Source: a virus. Taken from it: a DNA stretch of 64,000 bases. Made by a program: the position numbers and the translations under genes. Below the pieces are notes generated by a model. The model was not told the DNA's origin, did not search any database, and saw only the letters and a list, made by a program, of their open reading frames with translations. The stretch lies in IMG/VR virus record IMGVR_UViG_3300050343_000185; one strand, 5' to 3'. Below, in pieces: positions 11,900 to 22,152 of this stretch (its first letter is position 1; each line of letters begins with the position of its first letter).

Positions 11900-12390
11900 G
11901 ATTTGATTGGTTGTTTGTTTGTTGAACTTAGTCTACAGGGTCAGCGTCTAATGTCTGTCGCTGATGTTCCAGTTCGTGGATTGGACGGGTTCGATGCGTC
12001 CTGCTCTCACTGCCTGCCTGTACTCATCTCTGCCTGTGCTGGCGTTGGATCTTCTCCATGACTGTCTGCATCATGAGGGGATGGGTTCTCGTTGTGAATG
12101 AAGAAACCGGTTCGTGTCATTGCTTTGTTTTCCATGCTGTTAGTATAGACCCTCGGATAAGTGCTTTGGTGATTCTGTAGACCAGTTTCAACGCTGTCAC
12201 ATCACTACCCATAGAGGGAGCGAAGGCATGTGTTCACTTAGTGATGAAGCAATAATGCAGGATCTTCTACGTGATGCCATCTTCGTGCTAGTATGGGTGA
12301 ACTATCTTCTCCCTGTTCTTTGGTCAGCTTGCCCTGTGTTACTTAGTGATGAAGCGATTAGTGTTAGTTAATCGCTTCACTATGTGAAAC

Positions 12391-12718
12391 TTAAGCAAAC
12401 TCGACGAATGTGTAACCGTTCACGAAATCATGGGTGACTTTGTTGTCACGAACGAACCACTGATAATCCTTCTGAAAGACACCATCAGTGAACGCATTGC
12501 AGAACTCGTTGATGATAGCGTTGAGACGTGATTTGGTTGTGTTTGACTGCCATACCCACCATCAAAGATGCGAACAAAATCATCACCAACCTCAGCAATC
12601 TTGTTGCCATGCAGGCGAACCTCTGACACACCATCCTCAGTGATAACTGATGTGTTGGCGTTGTCCAGTTCTTGTTTGCCTTGATGGCGGCGTTCATGTT
12701 GGATTCGATCTTACGCAT
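12391..12718 (-). CDS. Early hypothetical protein (MRKIESNM...VRLHGNKIA...), split by indels
   Basis: ORFs 12485-12718 and 12420-12629 join into one coherent protein. Confidence 0.55.
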
Positions 12719-12793
12719 GAGAGTCGTTGGTTGTTTGTCTTGAATGAATAATAGTTGCAGGGATGGGGGGCAATTGCAACCCCCTGTGTGACA

Positions 12794-12979
12794 CTAGGTG
12801 GACTGGTTGCTTTCGTCCACGTCTAGCATGATCATCATGGCAAGATCGCAGAGGTTGTCGTCTGCCTCAAAGGGGACGATCTGCGAGTCTACAAAATCCA
12901 TGACCATTTCAAAGTCTGCCTCAGGGTTGCTGATGCAGAACCCTCTGATGTCTGATGCGATGTTGTTGAGTTTGTCCAT
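12794..12979 (-). CDS. Small acidic early protein
   Basis: ORF between two dyad promoters. Confidence 0.6.
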   Translation of the reverse strand: MDKLNNIASDIRGFCISNPEADFEMVMDFVDSQIVPFEADDNLCDLAMMIMLDVDESNQST

Positions 12980-13038
12980 GTGTCTACAATACAGGGTTTA
13001 GAGTGCTGTGCCTATTTTGTGTGGCACTAGGTCAACTG

Positions 13039-13230
13039 TCACAGTCCGTTGAGATAGTCTGCCAGTTCCTCTTCATACTGTTCCTTGGTGTCAAAGGTGC
13101 GACCATGGATCACCCGTGGGTACGTGGCATCAAGACCAGCAGCAGCGACCATCTCACAGTCTGCCCGATCGTATCCCATCTCAACCAGGTTGTTGACGTA
13201 TGGGTTGTTGCTTGGTGTTTCGTTGTTCAT
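13039..13230 (-). CDS. Small early protein (MNNETPSNNPY...)
   Basis: Start follows the promoter -10; stop lies inside the next dyad. Confidence 0.6.
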   Translation of the reverse strand: MNNETPSNNPYVNNLVEMGYDRADCEMVAAAGLDATYPRVIHGRTFDTKEQYEEELADYLNGL

Positions 13231-13317
13231 GTGTATACAATACAGGATCTGAGGGACGAAATCAACCGATAGTGGACAGTTCAGCAATTGGAGCGAAGCG
13301 GCTGACCTGGATAACAT

Positions 13318-13527
13318 TTAGTGGACCTCATCTAGCAGCAGTTTGTGACATCTATCTGCCTCTTCTAATGTATCATCATCTAGTTCATCGAATTCAACAT
13401 ACTCATAAGCACCACGGTTTGATTCAACATTGCCATCAGATAGCAACGGGTGATACATAAGAATTCTCTGATGATTACCATCCAATGTGTATACTAACTC
13501 GTTTGCCTTTGAATAGATGAAAACCAT
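13318..13527 (-). CDS. Small early hypothetical protein
   Basis: ORF downstream of the dyad promoter at about 13545-13605. Confidence 0.55.
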   Translation of the reverse strand: MVFIYSKANELVYTLDGNHQRILMYHPLLSDGNVESNRGAYEYVEFDELDDDTLEEADRCHKLLLDEVH

Positions 13528-13784
13528 GAAAAAATCCCGAACATGTATATACTACACGAACGGGATTGAAAATCAAGTGATAGTGGACAGTTCAATAAGT
13601 GTCATCATACTCATTGACTTCTCGTTTAAACTTGCTTACCTTCTTTTTAGATGAACGTTTGACGTTTTTCACATCATATCCAAAGTCTTCAAACTCATCG
13701 ATGAATTGTTGCTTTGGATTGTCAGATTGATTGGATCGTTTACTCATTGTCTTGTTTGAATTGTTAACTCAATTGATGGCAAGA

Positions 13785-14030
13785 TTATTTAGATTCAACA
13801 ATCAAACCCTCTTTGATTTGATTGTGTAAGAACCGCCCAACACTGCCTCCTGTCTTCAATTCAACTGATATCAGTTCTTTACACAAAGTATCTTCAAATA
13901 CTTGTATATTACTGCAGTTAAATGTATATTCTTTGTCTATATTACTATTATATGTTACTATAACAGTGTTATCAACAATATTAATCGATTTAATAGCTGA
14001 ACTGATTAAATTGTTGTACATCTTAGTCAT
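13785..14030 (-). CDS. Possible KTSC-like small protein
   Basis: SSAIKSI...Y.F...SVGRFLHNQIK pattern resembles KTSC domains. Confidence 0.4.
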   Translation of the reverse strand: MTKMYNNLISSAIKSINIVDNTVIVTYNSNIDKEYTFNCSNIQVFEDTLCKELISVELKTGGSVGRFLHNQIKEGLIVESK

Positions 14031-14860
14031 TTGGAGTTAAATGAAGTGATTTAAAAAGGAAAAAAAAGGAAAAAACTTAAAAAAAGAACTTTCTCAGTTT
14101 CTTAAGTTTTTAAAAAAGTCGTTTTTTTGACTTTTTAAGATTTTGAGAAAACCTCGAAACCCATGAATCTATTATAACGTGCTTTGAGTGTTTCTGAGGG
14201 GTCTGTGTGCCACTTGGAGGTCTGTCACATGCTTTCTTGACTTTCGAGTGGTAGCGTGCTAAGCCAACATCTCCAGCGCACCTTACCTATATTTTTTTAA
14301 TGATTAATAAACAGTTGGGTAGTATCCAATACTATCATTGAAACCCTTGCTATCACTGGTGCGCTTCTGGTATGTATAGATCATGAACAATTACTGTTTG
14401 GTTAGTAATAGTTTGTTGCCACCAATATGCTCTCAGTTGTTCATAATCATCAAATCTTTTGTTGTTGATAGTGTAGTAATGTCTATCGTAAGGTTTGTCT
14501 GATGTTGATGTAAACCAGGTGTTATTAGTTGTTGTTGGTGTCATACTCTTTCTTTGTTTTGAAGTATAGTTTGTAGTATGGACGTTTGATTTGTTCGAGT
14601 GTGTTCATGTCATGTTCAAACCCCATATATTTGAGGAGTTGGTATGATCCTTCGAGTTCAGAGATTGAGTCTTAGTATGTTAGCAGGGTGTCTAGGTAGA
14701 CCATTAAACTGGTACTTTGCCAGTGAATTGGTAGCATTTGTATTTGGGTTTGTATCTGTCAATGTATTTCTGAGCATGATGTGTGCAAGTGAACCAACAA
14801 CGTTTGTTATCAGTTAGATCATGTAAGAAGATAGGGAACGTTTCGTGATAGGGGAATTGA

Positions 14861-15094
14861 TCAAAACTTACGAGAGTTGAGTACTGTAAGTGTATTGTCT
14901 GATTGCTTCTTCTTTCGCTTCGTACCAGTTGTGAGGTTTTTGTATTCTGAGATAAGGATTGCATCGTCTTGGATTTCCCAAGTGATTTCTGTTCCTTCTT
15001 TCCACCCGAGTTCTTGACAGAGTTCGTCTGGGATTTCGATGAAGAAGTCATCCGAGTCATTGCATTCTTGTATAGTAGTAATAAATTTAGACAT
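14861..15094 (-). CDS. AbrB/MazE/SpoVT-type DNA-binding protein
   Basis: FIEIPDELCQELGWKEGTEITWEI swapped-hairpin signature. Confidence 0.75.
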   Translation of the reverse strand: MSKFITTIQECNDSDDFFIEIPDELCQELGWKEGTEITWEIQDDAILISEYKNLTTGTKRKKKQSDNTLTVLNSRKF

Positions 15095-15238
15095 TTTGAT
15101 CTATGATAGTATACCAACGGAGACGACGATCATGTTGTTTTAACGATTGAATAATAAACCATTCACTAGCAGTTGAGTTAATGGTGTGAGTAGTGTATCC
15201 ACCATCAATGTATTCAATCGTAACAACATATCGATGTC

Positions 15239-15909
15239 TCATTCAATGTAACCGTTCTGTTCTAAGTATTTACGTGTCAAGGGAGTTGGTTCATATACTT
15301 CCCACATATTACCACCAGCACATGCTGCAAGAGCATTCATTGTCATATTTTCAGTACGACCTGCCCAACCTGCTTCTGCTTCCCAAGGTAATGCTGACTT
15401 AGGATATGTACGTTCTGCTAATACACGCCAGATCATAGGAACTTCATCCTCTGGCATAATAATAGCAATGAGTGAGTTATCAATAGTTCCTGCCATACAA
15501 TCTTGTGCAGCGTGCCATCCTTCATGTCTCATCACCATCATCAGAGTACCAGGTTTACCCATATAATCCTTATTCAGGAAGAAGTTATTGGATACTGTGT
15601 GATAGACACCACGATGACCTGAGGGAAATACTTTTGATCAGCAAGGAATACATTCACACCAACTTGATTGAGTGAGTGTAACATATTATGAAACTCACCA
15701 GTGACACTCGTGAATTCTTCAGTGTTATCATACTGTGATGAGATATCAAGCATCGAGTATACTTTCGTGACACCATCAGTGCATTCACCTAATAACATAC
15801 AACCCATACTATCCATGGAGTTGTATCCTTGAGTGATCTTACTATCATCAGCAAATGCTGGTGTAGTAAGAGTTAATGCTGCTGCTAGTAATACATTACG
15901 TAGTTTCAT
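15239..15909 (-). CDS. Signal-peptide protein with HExxH motif (putative metallopeptidase), split by an indel
   Basis: MKLRNVLLAAALTLTTPAFA signal peptide; RHEGWHAAQDC in the downstream fragment. Confidence 0.55.
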
Positions 15910-16027
15910 TTTGTTGCCCTTGTGCTTTGATTTGTTCAAGTATTTGTTCAGAGTCAGCATAACGTTGTTCATTACATGCTGTCATGTATTGTACAATGAG
16001 ATCACGCATCTCATCTGTAATAGGTAA

Positions 16028-16282
16028 TCATCCATCAATTTCAGGGAGTGAGAGATACAAGTTCAAGAGATCATCCTCATTATAGAATGCAGTCTCTTCC
16101 TTCTCCATACCATCAGGGTCCATCCATTCAAAGAACTCATCAGCAAGTGCTAGTGCCTTGTCAATCTCATCATTTGCCATGAAATAACGGAAACGTTCCA
16201 CACACCAGTCATAGATGTCATCACGTTGTTCTGAGAGACGATCAACAGTTGCAGCGTCGTCAGTGATTTTGTAGTTGCTCAT
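16028..16282 (-). CDS. Small acidic hypothetical protein
   Basis: Intact ORF in a contiguous operon. Confidence 0.55.
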   Translation of the reverse strand: MSNYKITDDAATVDRLSEQRDDIYDWCVERFRYFMANDEIDKALALADEFFEWMDPDGMEKEETAFYNEDDLLNLYLSLPEIDG

Positions 16283-16838
16283 GATTTGGTAGCGAAGAGA
16301 ATGTTGGCGAGGTGATCGTATTGAACGAATTCTACATCCTTAGGGAGTAGAGAGACGGCAGCAGCAGCAAAATCGTTAGGAAACTTCTTGAACAAGCGCC
16401 AATACTTCTGAACACCATCATAATCTAGATCTTCACGCGGAAGAACACGGATCTCCCACGCTCCACGAGTGTAACGATTAGGATACGGTTGGATGTAATT
16501 CCTTGATGTGATCTGATAGCATGTTCATTTGACAAAGACCTCGTTGAGTTTGGTGTGTTCTTCAGTTAGTTTAGCAATCTTGTTGCATGTGATATGCTAC
16601 ATGTATGCAAGATACTCTTGCTCTTCTTCATCAACTTCATCATAAGCAATGTCATAGCAGTCATCAATATCAACAGTGTTATCATCATAACACGTCATGC
16701 CATACATGGTATCCGTAGAAGAATCCATCGCATAGGCATTACCAGCAGCAACGAGATAGAACATAGAACGCGGGGAGTGAAAGCAGGGTGAATTTAGTAT
16801 ACTATGTATTTCAAAATTGATGAATGTGTCAACGTTTT

Positions 16839-17301
16839 TCACCCTGATATTATGCGTTCTTGATACAGATAACCTCCTGCCCAATCAGCATTCTCAAGCA
16901 AATTCACGCTCTGTGATGATACGAAGATCAAAACGCACTCCCTTAGCAGGTGCTTTGATAGATGCTGCTTTGTATACTTCACCAGTCTTCTTGTCAATGA
17001 AGCAGTGAACACTACGCGATTACCACCATCAGTAGTCATCATCACCTTGTGATACTTACGACCAGTGTCAACAGTGAAACGATAAGCACCAATGTTATTC
17101 TTCAGGTCAGCAATCTTCTGCTCATGATACTCTTTGTCATCAGGGATGCCATGAAAGAACTCTTGCACGACGGATGCTCTCGTTCACGAAGTCTTGCTCT
17201 AGTGCTTGACAGAGACGGAATGTGTGCCCTAGGATCGCTTGTGCGATGTCCTTACGTGCCTCAGCAGATGCAGCGTAGTCAGCGAAGGTGGTGGCAGTCA
17301 T
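16839..17301 (-). CDS. Early hypothetical protein (GRKYHKV...HCFIDKKTGEVYKAAS), split by indels
   Basis: Begins MTATTFADY after the dyad promoter at about 17324-17382. Confidence 0.55.
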
Positions 17302-17656
17302 GTGTGTTTGTTTGTGTGAACTTAGTATAGGGCAGATTAGGCGTTGCGGATCTCACCACCGACCACTACGTCAGCTGGCACACGAGAGACAGTGTAGCGA
17401 CGGATCTGACCCTCAAACTGTCTCCATGCCTCAACAGTCTCGTTCACGATGCGGTTGTGCTGACGATCCATGCCCTTAGCAGTGGTACACTTGCCTTCCT
17501 TGCGGAAATAGATGATAGGGTTGCTGGGGACGCATCAGTGTCGATCTCGATCTTGTAGAAGGAGTGCTTGACGACTGTGGTGGTCATGTGGTGTGTCCCG
17601 TGCTGATGAATATAGTATAGGGCATTTGGATGCCCTGTGTGCGTTCAGTGGACAGT

Positions 17657-17872
17657 TCACGAGGTGGTCAGTCGAGACATGCTGATCATGAATAGGAAGA
17701 CTACCATGATCACCACATCCCATGATTTTGTTCTGATGAAGTATGGGATGCTAATCAGATCAGCAACACAATTCAACATCACACCAGCGATCACATTCAC
17801 ATGAAGAATCACAAAATAGGCAGTGATAACACCAACGCTGCCTAATACTCTTGCTTTACTATCGAGTTTCAT
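17657..17872 (-). CDS. Small membrane protein, two or three TM helices
   Basis: Hydrophobic 71 aa ORF. Confidence 0.6.
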   Translation of the reverse strand: MKLDSKARVLGSVGVITAYFVILHVNVIAGVMLNCVADLISIPYFIRTKSWDVVIMVVFLFMISMSRLTTS

Positions 17873-18033
17873 TCATAGTAGATCCAATGCTTCTGGTGAT
17901 AGTTCATCACTAGCACTCTGACGCCAGTTCTTATTCACCTTGTCAAAGTCTTCTACAATATCCCATGCTGGTTGAGCATCATCGATGTTCTCCAGAATCC
18001 AACGGTCGAGCATTACTTCAGAAATAGACATGA

Positions 18034-18315
18034 TTAATCAGTTGATACGAATGATTTGAGTAGTGGCATAGCAGAGTATGCCGTAGTGTTGCTTACGTCT
18101 ACAGTTTTACCTGGACGTTTGTGGTTAATTGGGGCAATGTAACATTGTTTCTTAGTGTTGTAGAATCCCCAGATCGATCGGACAGGCTCATTAGTGTAAC
18201 TAAACCGAGCATGATTCCGAATCCAAATGCCAACGACGTTGGACTTATGTTCATGAATCTCATAGGTGAAACCTTCTGGTGGTTGATGAGGGAAATCAGA
18301 TGGTAGTTCTGTCAT
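18034..18315 (-). CDS. Hypothetical protein (FPHQPPEGFTYE...IWGFY)
   Basis: Intact 93 aa ORF. Confidence 0.6.
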   Translation of the reverse strand: MTELPSDFPHQPPEGFTYEIHEHKSNVVGIWIRNHARFSYTNEPVRSIWGFYNTKKQCYIAPINHKRPGKTVDVSNTTAYSAMPLLKSFVSTD

Positions 18316-19076
18316 TAAAGATCAGCATGGAGCATCTCATCAACAGTCATCTCAAGTTCTGCTGCTCGCAGTTCTAATGCATCCATACCAGCAGTGTCAT
18401 CATCATGCAGATCAATCATGTCAGTGTCAATATGCTTGGTGAACTTACCAAAGAGTTTATCAAGAAAAGAGATCATTTACGAACTGTTTGTTGCTGGATT
18501 GTTGAGTCATAGTAGTTCATCATCTTGGCATCACGCTGTGCTAAGAATAGCAGATAGCAAGTGATAGTGACAAAGGCAAAGATGCCACTTAGGAGAAACT
18601 GTGTGTACCTCTCATCAAACTGCCATCGGGGTGTACTCAGAGCGAGGCATCTGCTCAACGTTGTAACCTGTGACCTCAGCACCGTTAGCGATACGCTCTG
18701 CCCACTCGTTACGTGCTGTGAGCATGGTGACAGTGCTGTAAGACTTGAGACCGTTAGATTCCAGGTGACACGCTTCTGGAAACGCTTGACGATCACGCCG
18801 TCCTCTTCAGCGATGAATGCTTCAGGAAAGAAGTCAACAGTGGTGACGAGTGTGGTGAGTTGCATGTGGTGTGTTCCTTTGACTCTCTTAATATACACGG
18901 TTATGGGGTGCTGTGCGCGTTTGGTAGACAGTTCTCAAACTGGTTGTAAAGGGCAGCATCGTTGATTCCATTCTTTACCATACAGTCGGTTGAATATCCG
19001 AGAGGACACCCAACCATAAGATCCATCACGTATCGGATCTCAGAGGGCGTTAGAGGCACTTCTATAGTCTGGTCAG

Positions 19077-19961
19077 TCATAAGTGGTTCAAGACGCTTGT
19101 GGGCGATTGTGGAGGGGTCTCAGGACACACTGATCTTAGTCGATCTGATGCGATTTGGCAATAGTGCTCATCAGAATCAATTCCAATGAAGTTTCTATCA
19201 ATACCTAGAGCAGCAACGCCAGTTGTTCCACTGCCACAAAATGGGTCAAGTACGGTAGAATTAATGGGAGAATAGATTTTGATAAGATACTCCATCAAAC
19301 TCACGGGTTTAACTGTAGGATGATCGTTATCTTGTCCCTTCTCTTTACGTGTGGCACGAGGAGCATAGAAATACTTTTGATGCTCATGTTGTACATCACC
19401 AATGATATTTGATGGATAGCGTCCATCAGGATTAGCATCTACAGTTCCATACTCTTTCTGTGTACCTGTAGTTTTACCATCTTTACCAAATGTGCGACGT
19501 TTAGCACCTTGTGCCACCCAACCAGTAGGAGGTTTCTTATCCCACGGAATACGAGTGTTAGTTGTATCAATCATTCCGCATCCCCATTCCTCAAAGTTAT
19601 CCTTGAGCGTACCTTTGTACGGTTTCTGTGCTACGACAATGGGTTCGTGTGCGGGTTTAAGTTTATTATACTTGGGCATCTTGGTGGTAGTCATCCACAT
19701 GATCTGGTCTTTAATGATAAATCCCGCGTCTTCTACATTACATGCGAGTCTATGATACAATTCAGGAGAACAGAACGCAAGACAGAACGCACCAGGGCGA
19801 AGTGTACGATATACTTCACGCCAGATGTCTACATCAGGAACAGAATGATCCCAATGATCCATACCCATACCATACGGAGGGTCAGTAATACAAGAATGAA
19901 AAAAGTTCTCCCCATAAGTGGAGAGAACAGATTGGCAGTTACCAGTTAAAATTGAGAACAT
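19077..19961 (-). CDS. Beta-class N6-adenine/N4-cytosine DNA methyltransferase
   Basis: Motif IV DPPY near the N-terminus; HPTVKP and motif I DPFCGSGTTG near the C-terminus; likely start MFSILTGNCQ at 19961. Confidence 0.9.
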   Translation of the reverse strand: MFSILTGNCQSVLSTYGENFFHSCITDPPYGMGMDHWDHSVPDVDIWREVYRTLRPGAFCLAFCSPELYHRLACNVEDAGFIIKDQIMWMTTTKMPKYNKLKPAHEPIVVAQKPYKGTLKDNFEEWGCGMIDTTNTRIPWDKKPPTGWVAQGAKRRTFGKDGKTTGTQKEYGTVDANPDGRYPSNIIGDVQHEHQKYFYAPRATRKEKGQDNDHPTVKPVSLMEYLIKIYSPINSTVLDPFCGSGTTGVAALGIDRNFIGIDSDEHYCQIASDRLRSVCPETPPQSPTSVLNHL

Positions 19962-20472
19962 TAGACTCACAAAGTTGACGATCAGAGTGCTTGAAATAGT
20001 TGGTACGCTTCCAACCACCAGATTGAGTGAACATGTTACGAATGTAAAAATTAAATCCACGGTTGTCATCCTGCCACTCTGGCATCGCTTGATACTTGTC
20101 AAGAACTAACTGAAGTTCAGCAATCAGACAAGCGAACAATTCACGCTTACGATTAGAAACTACATCATCTGAAAAATAGATGGTAGTCTCGTTGTATTTG
20201 GATGAACTGAATACATAAACAGTGCCTGACTTAGGCAAACCACCATTATATGTGGGATATGCTTGCTTAGAAGACTTACACTCAATGTCAACAGTCTTGC
20301 CGTTGTCAAGAGTTACACGGAAATCAGGAGAGTTCTGAGGACCATTTGGTTGCCAAACGTATTTGTAACCAAACTTGTCAAGCAATGCCATGACTTGATT
20401 CTCATGAAGAGGATTATCCTGAGAGTTAGTCGTGAAAGGAAGAAGGAGTACTTCTGACCAGAATTTTTTCAT
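19939..20472 (-). CDS. PD-(D/E)xK nuclease, restriction-endonuclease-like
   Basis: QPNGPQNSPDFRV...DIECKSS catalytic pattern; overlaps the MTase start by 23 nt. Confidence 0.7.
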   Translation of the reverse strand: MKKFWSEVLLLPFTTNSQDNPLHENQVMALLDKFGYKYVWQPNGPQNSPDFRVTLDNGKTVDIECKSSKQAYPTYNGGLPKSGTVYVFSSSKYNETTIYFSDDVVSNRKRELFACLIAELQLVLDKYQAMPEWQDDNRGFNFYIRNMFTQSGGWKRTNYFKHSDRQLCESNVLNFNW

Positions 20473-20595
20473 TTGTTTTTACTTTTGAATGTCTCGGACT
20501 TAATTGCCCGTTGTACAGTGGAGTCTTTAGGGCGCTTCCTCTCCCATGAACCTAATATACACCAGTTTGAGGTCTGTGTCAACCCCCTAGTCCAG

Positions 20596-21165
20596 TTAAC
20601 GAAGTGGTGGACCAGTGAACCATCCAACGATGCTTTTTCTGATACCATGTGTCACTGGAGTTACCTGATGTAAAATGTGACTAGAAAAAACTATCAATGT
20701 GCCACGTTTTTTAGGCACAGAGAAAATATGATATGGATCTTCTGAGTCTGGTGTTTGTGGTGTTGCTATTTGTAGTACACCACCCTCGTAATCATCATTT
20801 AAAACTAATGAAAACGAGAGTTTTCGGACAGAAGATCTACGAACAATCTTCTTAGTATCAATAGCATCAACATGCCATTTATAGTAATCATTTACATTGT
20901 AATGTGCATATTGGAATTGGTTGTTATCAAATTGACAAATGTCGTAATTATACATCTCTAGGTTGACATCCATTACGTTGTCGTAACAAAGTTCTCCAAT
21001 GTAATGAGATGAATCAATAAACTTAACTTTAGTAGATCTCCAATTAGAATTTTGATTAAAAGTTAATGCTTGCTTCCAGTCACCTATCAGGTCCAACTCA
21101 GCAATCATCTCATTTAATATTAGATCGTCAATTCTAAGTTGGCGCACAGAAAAAGTGTCTATCAT
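20596..21165 (-). CDS. 2OG-Fe(II) oxygenase
   Basis: YKWHVD (HxD), RKLSFSLVLNDDYEGG, HQVTPV, RKSIVGW. Confidence 0.9.
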   Translation of the reverse strand: MIDTFSVRQLRIDDLILNEMIAELDLIGDWKQALTFNQNSNWRSTKVKFIDSSHYIGELCYDNVMDVNLEMYNYDICQFDNNQFQYAHYNVNDYYKWHVDAIDTKKIVRRSSVRKLSFSLVLNDDYEGGVLQIATPQTPDSEDPYHIFSVPKKRGTLIVFSSHILHQVTPVTHGIRKSIVGWFTGPPLR

Positions 21166-21249
21166 TGATCACTAAAGATAGGGATGATGTTAGTTTTAGC
21201 GTGTTCTGTTTTGTTAATGTGTTGTTCCCACATGCTAGCATCATCTAAG

Positions 21250-21483
21250 TTATAGAAGATCGCTTGCTGTTTCGCTTGCCCCTTCTTCTTGTTCTTCATC
21301 CACACAACTGCGTACTTCATCCCAATACTCTCGAAAAACACATAAAGTTGACTGATAACGACCATGACGACATGATGGGTCAGGTCGATCGACATAACAA
21401 ATAGTGATATACCTATCACTGATAAAGTCTACCCACCCTGTGGTGGCGTGATACTGAACCTTCATACCACGAGTAAATTTCAC
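21250..21483 (-). CDS. Small hypothetical protein
   Basis: ORF with 4-nt overlap to its neighbour. Confidence 0.5.
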   Translation of the reverse strand: MKFTRGMKVQYHATTGWVDFISDRYITICYVDRPDPSCRHGRYQSTLCVFREYWDEVRSCVDEEQEEGASETASDLL

Positions 21484-21680
21484 TCGTCAACCTCTTCAAA
21501 TGGTTGACGATTTTGATTCTCTACTTTAGGAAGACGGAACATCTCTTTCAAGTCATTCAACTGATTTAATTGACGTTGGAGATTGTCAATCTGTGCTTGT
21601 AAAATCTGAAAGTTAGAATCATTGTTATTCTGCATCATCAACATGTTGTTGATTGCTTGTTTAAAGTCTTCTTCAGTCAT
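21480..21680 (-). CDS. Small coiled-coil hypothetical protein
   Basis: ORF with tight overlaps. Confidence 0.55.
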   Translation of the reverse strand: MTEEDFKQAINNMLMMQNNNDSNFQILQAQIDNLQRQLNQLNDLKEMFRLPKVENQNRQPFEEVDE

Positions 21681-21931
21681 TAGTAGCGTTCAGGAATACG
21701 GTGGTCTAGGTTAAGAGCAGTGTTGCCGGTCATAAGATCTCGAAGAGACATAGCACGACAGTATGCTGTCTTGTGATATTCTATCACATCATCGACGCCA
21801 GATAGCATCTCTTCATACGTTTGTCGTGCTGATACTTTATCATCGTTGAGGTAATCATCGATCGCATCTTGCATACGATCTTTACGCTGTTTTGAATACT
21901 CATTTTTCCAGTTGATTTCAGTTTTCATTAA
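21680..21931 (-). CDS. Small hypothetical protein
   Basis: 3' part of ORF 21680-21973; start approximate. Confidence 0.5.
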   Translation of the reverse strand, partial: LMKTEINWKNEYSKQRKDRMQDAIDDYLNDDKVSARQTYEEMLSGVDDVIEYHKTAYCRAMSLRDLMTGNTALNLDHRIPERY

Positions 21932-22142
21932 AGTCTTCATTACGACGTTTGTCAAGGTATTCAATGATCTCACTACGCCATTCTAACAACTCATGATAGC
22001 ATTGCTGATCATGTGCGTCCTGACGTAGCTGATAGTCTGGTTTGAGAACGCTCTCATAGAAGATATAGAACGCATCTTTACGTTTCTCGTGTTTTGTGGT
22101 ACTATTCCAATCCATGGGGTTCGACGGACGCTCTGCTACCAT
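21918..22142 (-). CDS. Small hypothetical protein
   Basis: ORF near a TTGACA-18-TATGGT promoter-like sequence at about 22138-22167. Confidence 0.5.
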   Translation of the reverse strand: MVAERPSNPMDWNSTTKHEKRKDAFYIFYESVLKPDYQLRQDAHDQQCYHELLEWRSEIIEYLDKRRNEDFNEN

Positions 22143-22152
22143 AGCACAGGTG

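Larger units (their letters stand above)
11311..20610 (-). promoter_or_regulatory. Family of early sigma70-like promoters, each with an upstream 7-8-7 dyad GTG(A/C)CA(G/C)-N8-(C/G)TG(T/G)CAC
   Basis: Dyads start at about 11684, 11966, 12179, 12788, 13021, 13272, 13583, 14207, 17360, 17649, 18925 and 20589; where measured they sit 29-31 nt from a TAtAcT/TATAAT-like -10. An extra copy at 11311 has no -10. Confidence 0.8.

Noticed and set aside
12340-12395. Hammerhead ribozyme (..TGATGA..stem..GAAAC)
   Set aside because: Core reads GTGATGA rather than CTGATGA, and GAAA does not follow the stem directly; a simple hairpin explains it
11311-20610. Recurring dyads as a CRISPR array or mini-array
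   Set aside because: Degenerate, irregularly spaced hundreds to thousands of bp apart, and tied to -10 boxes; no cas genes
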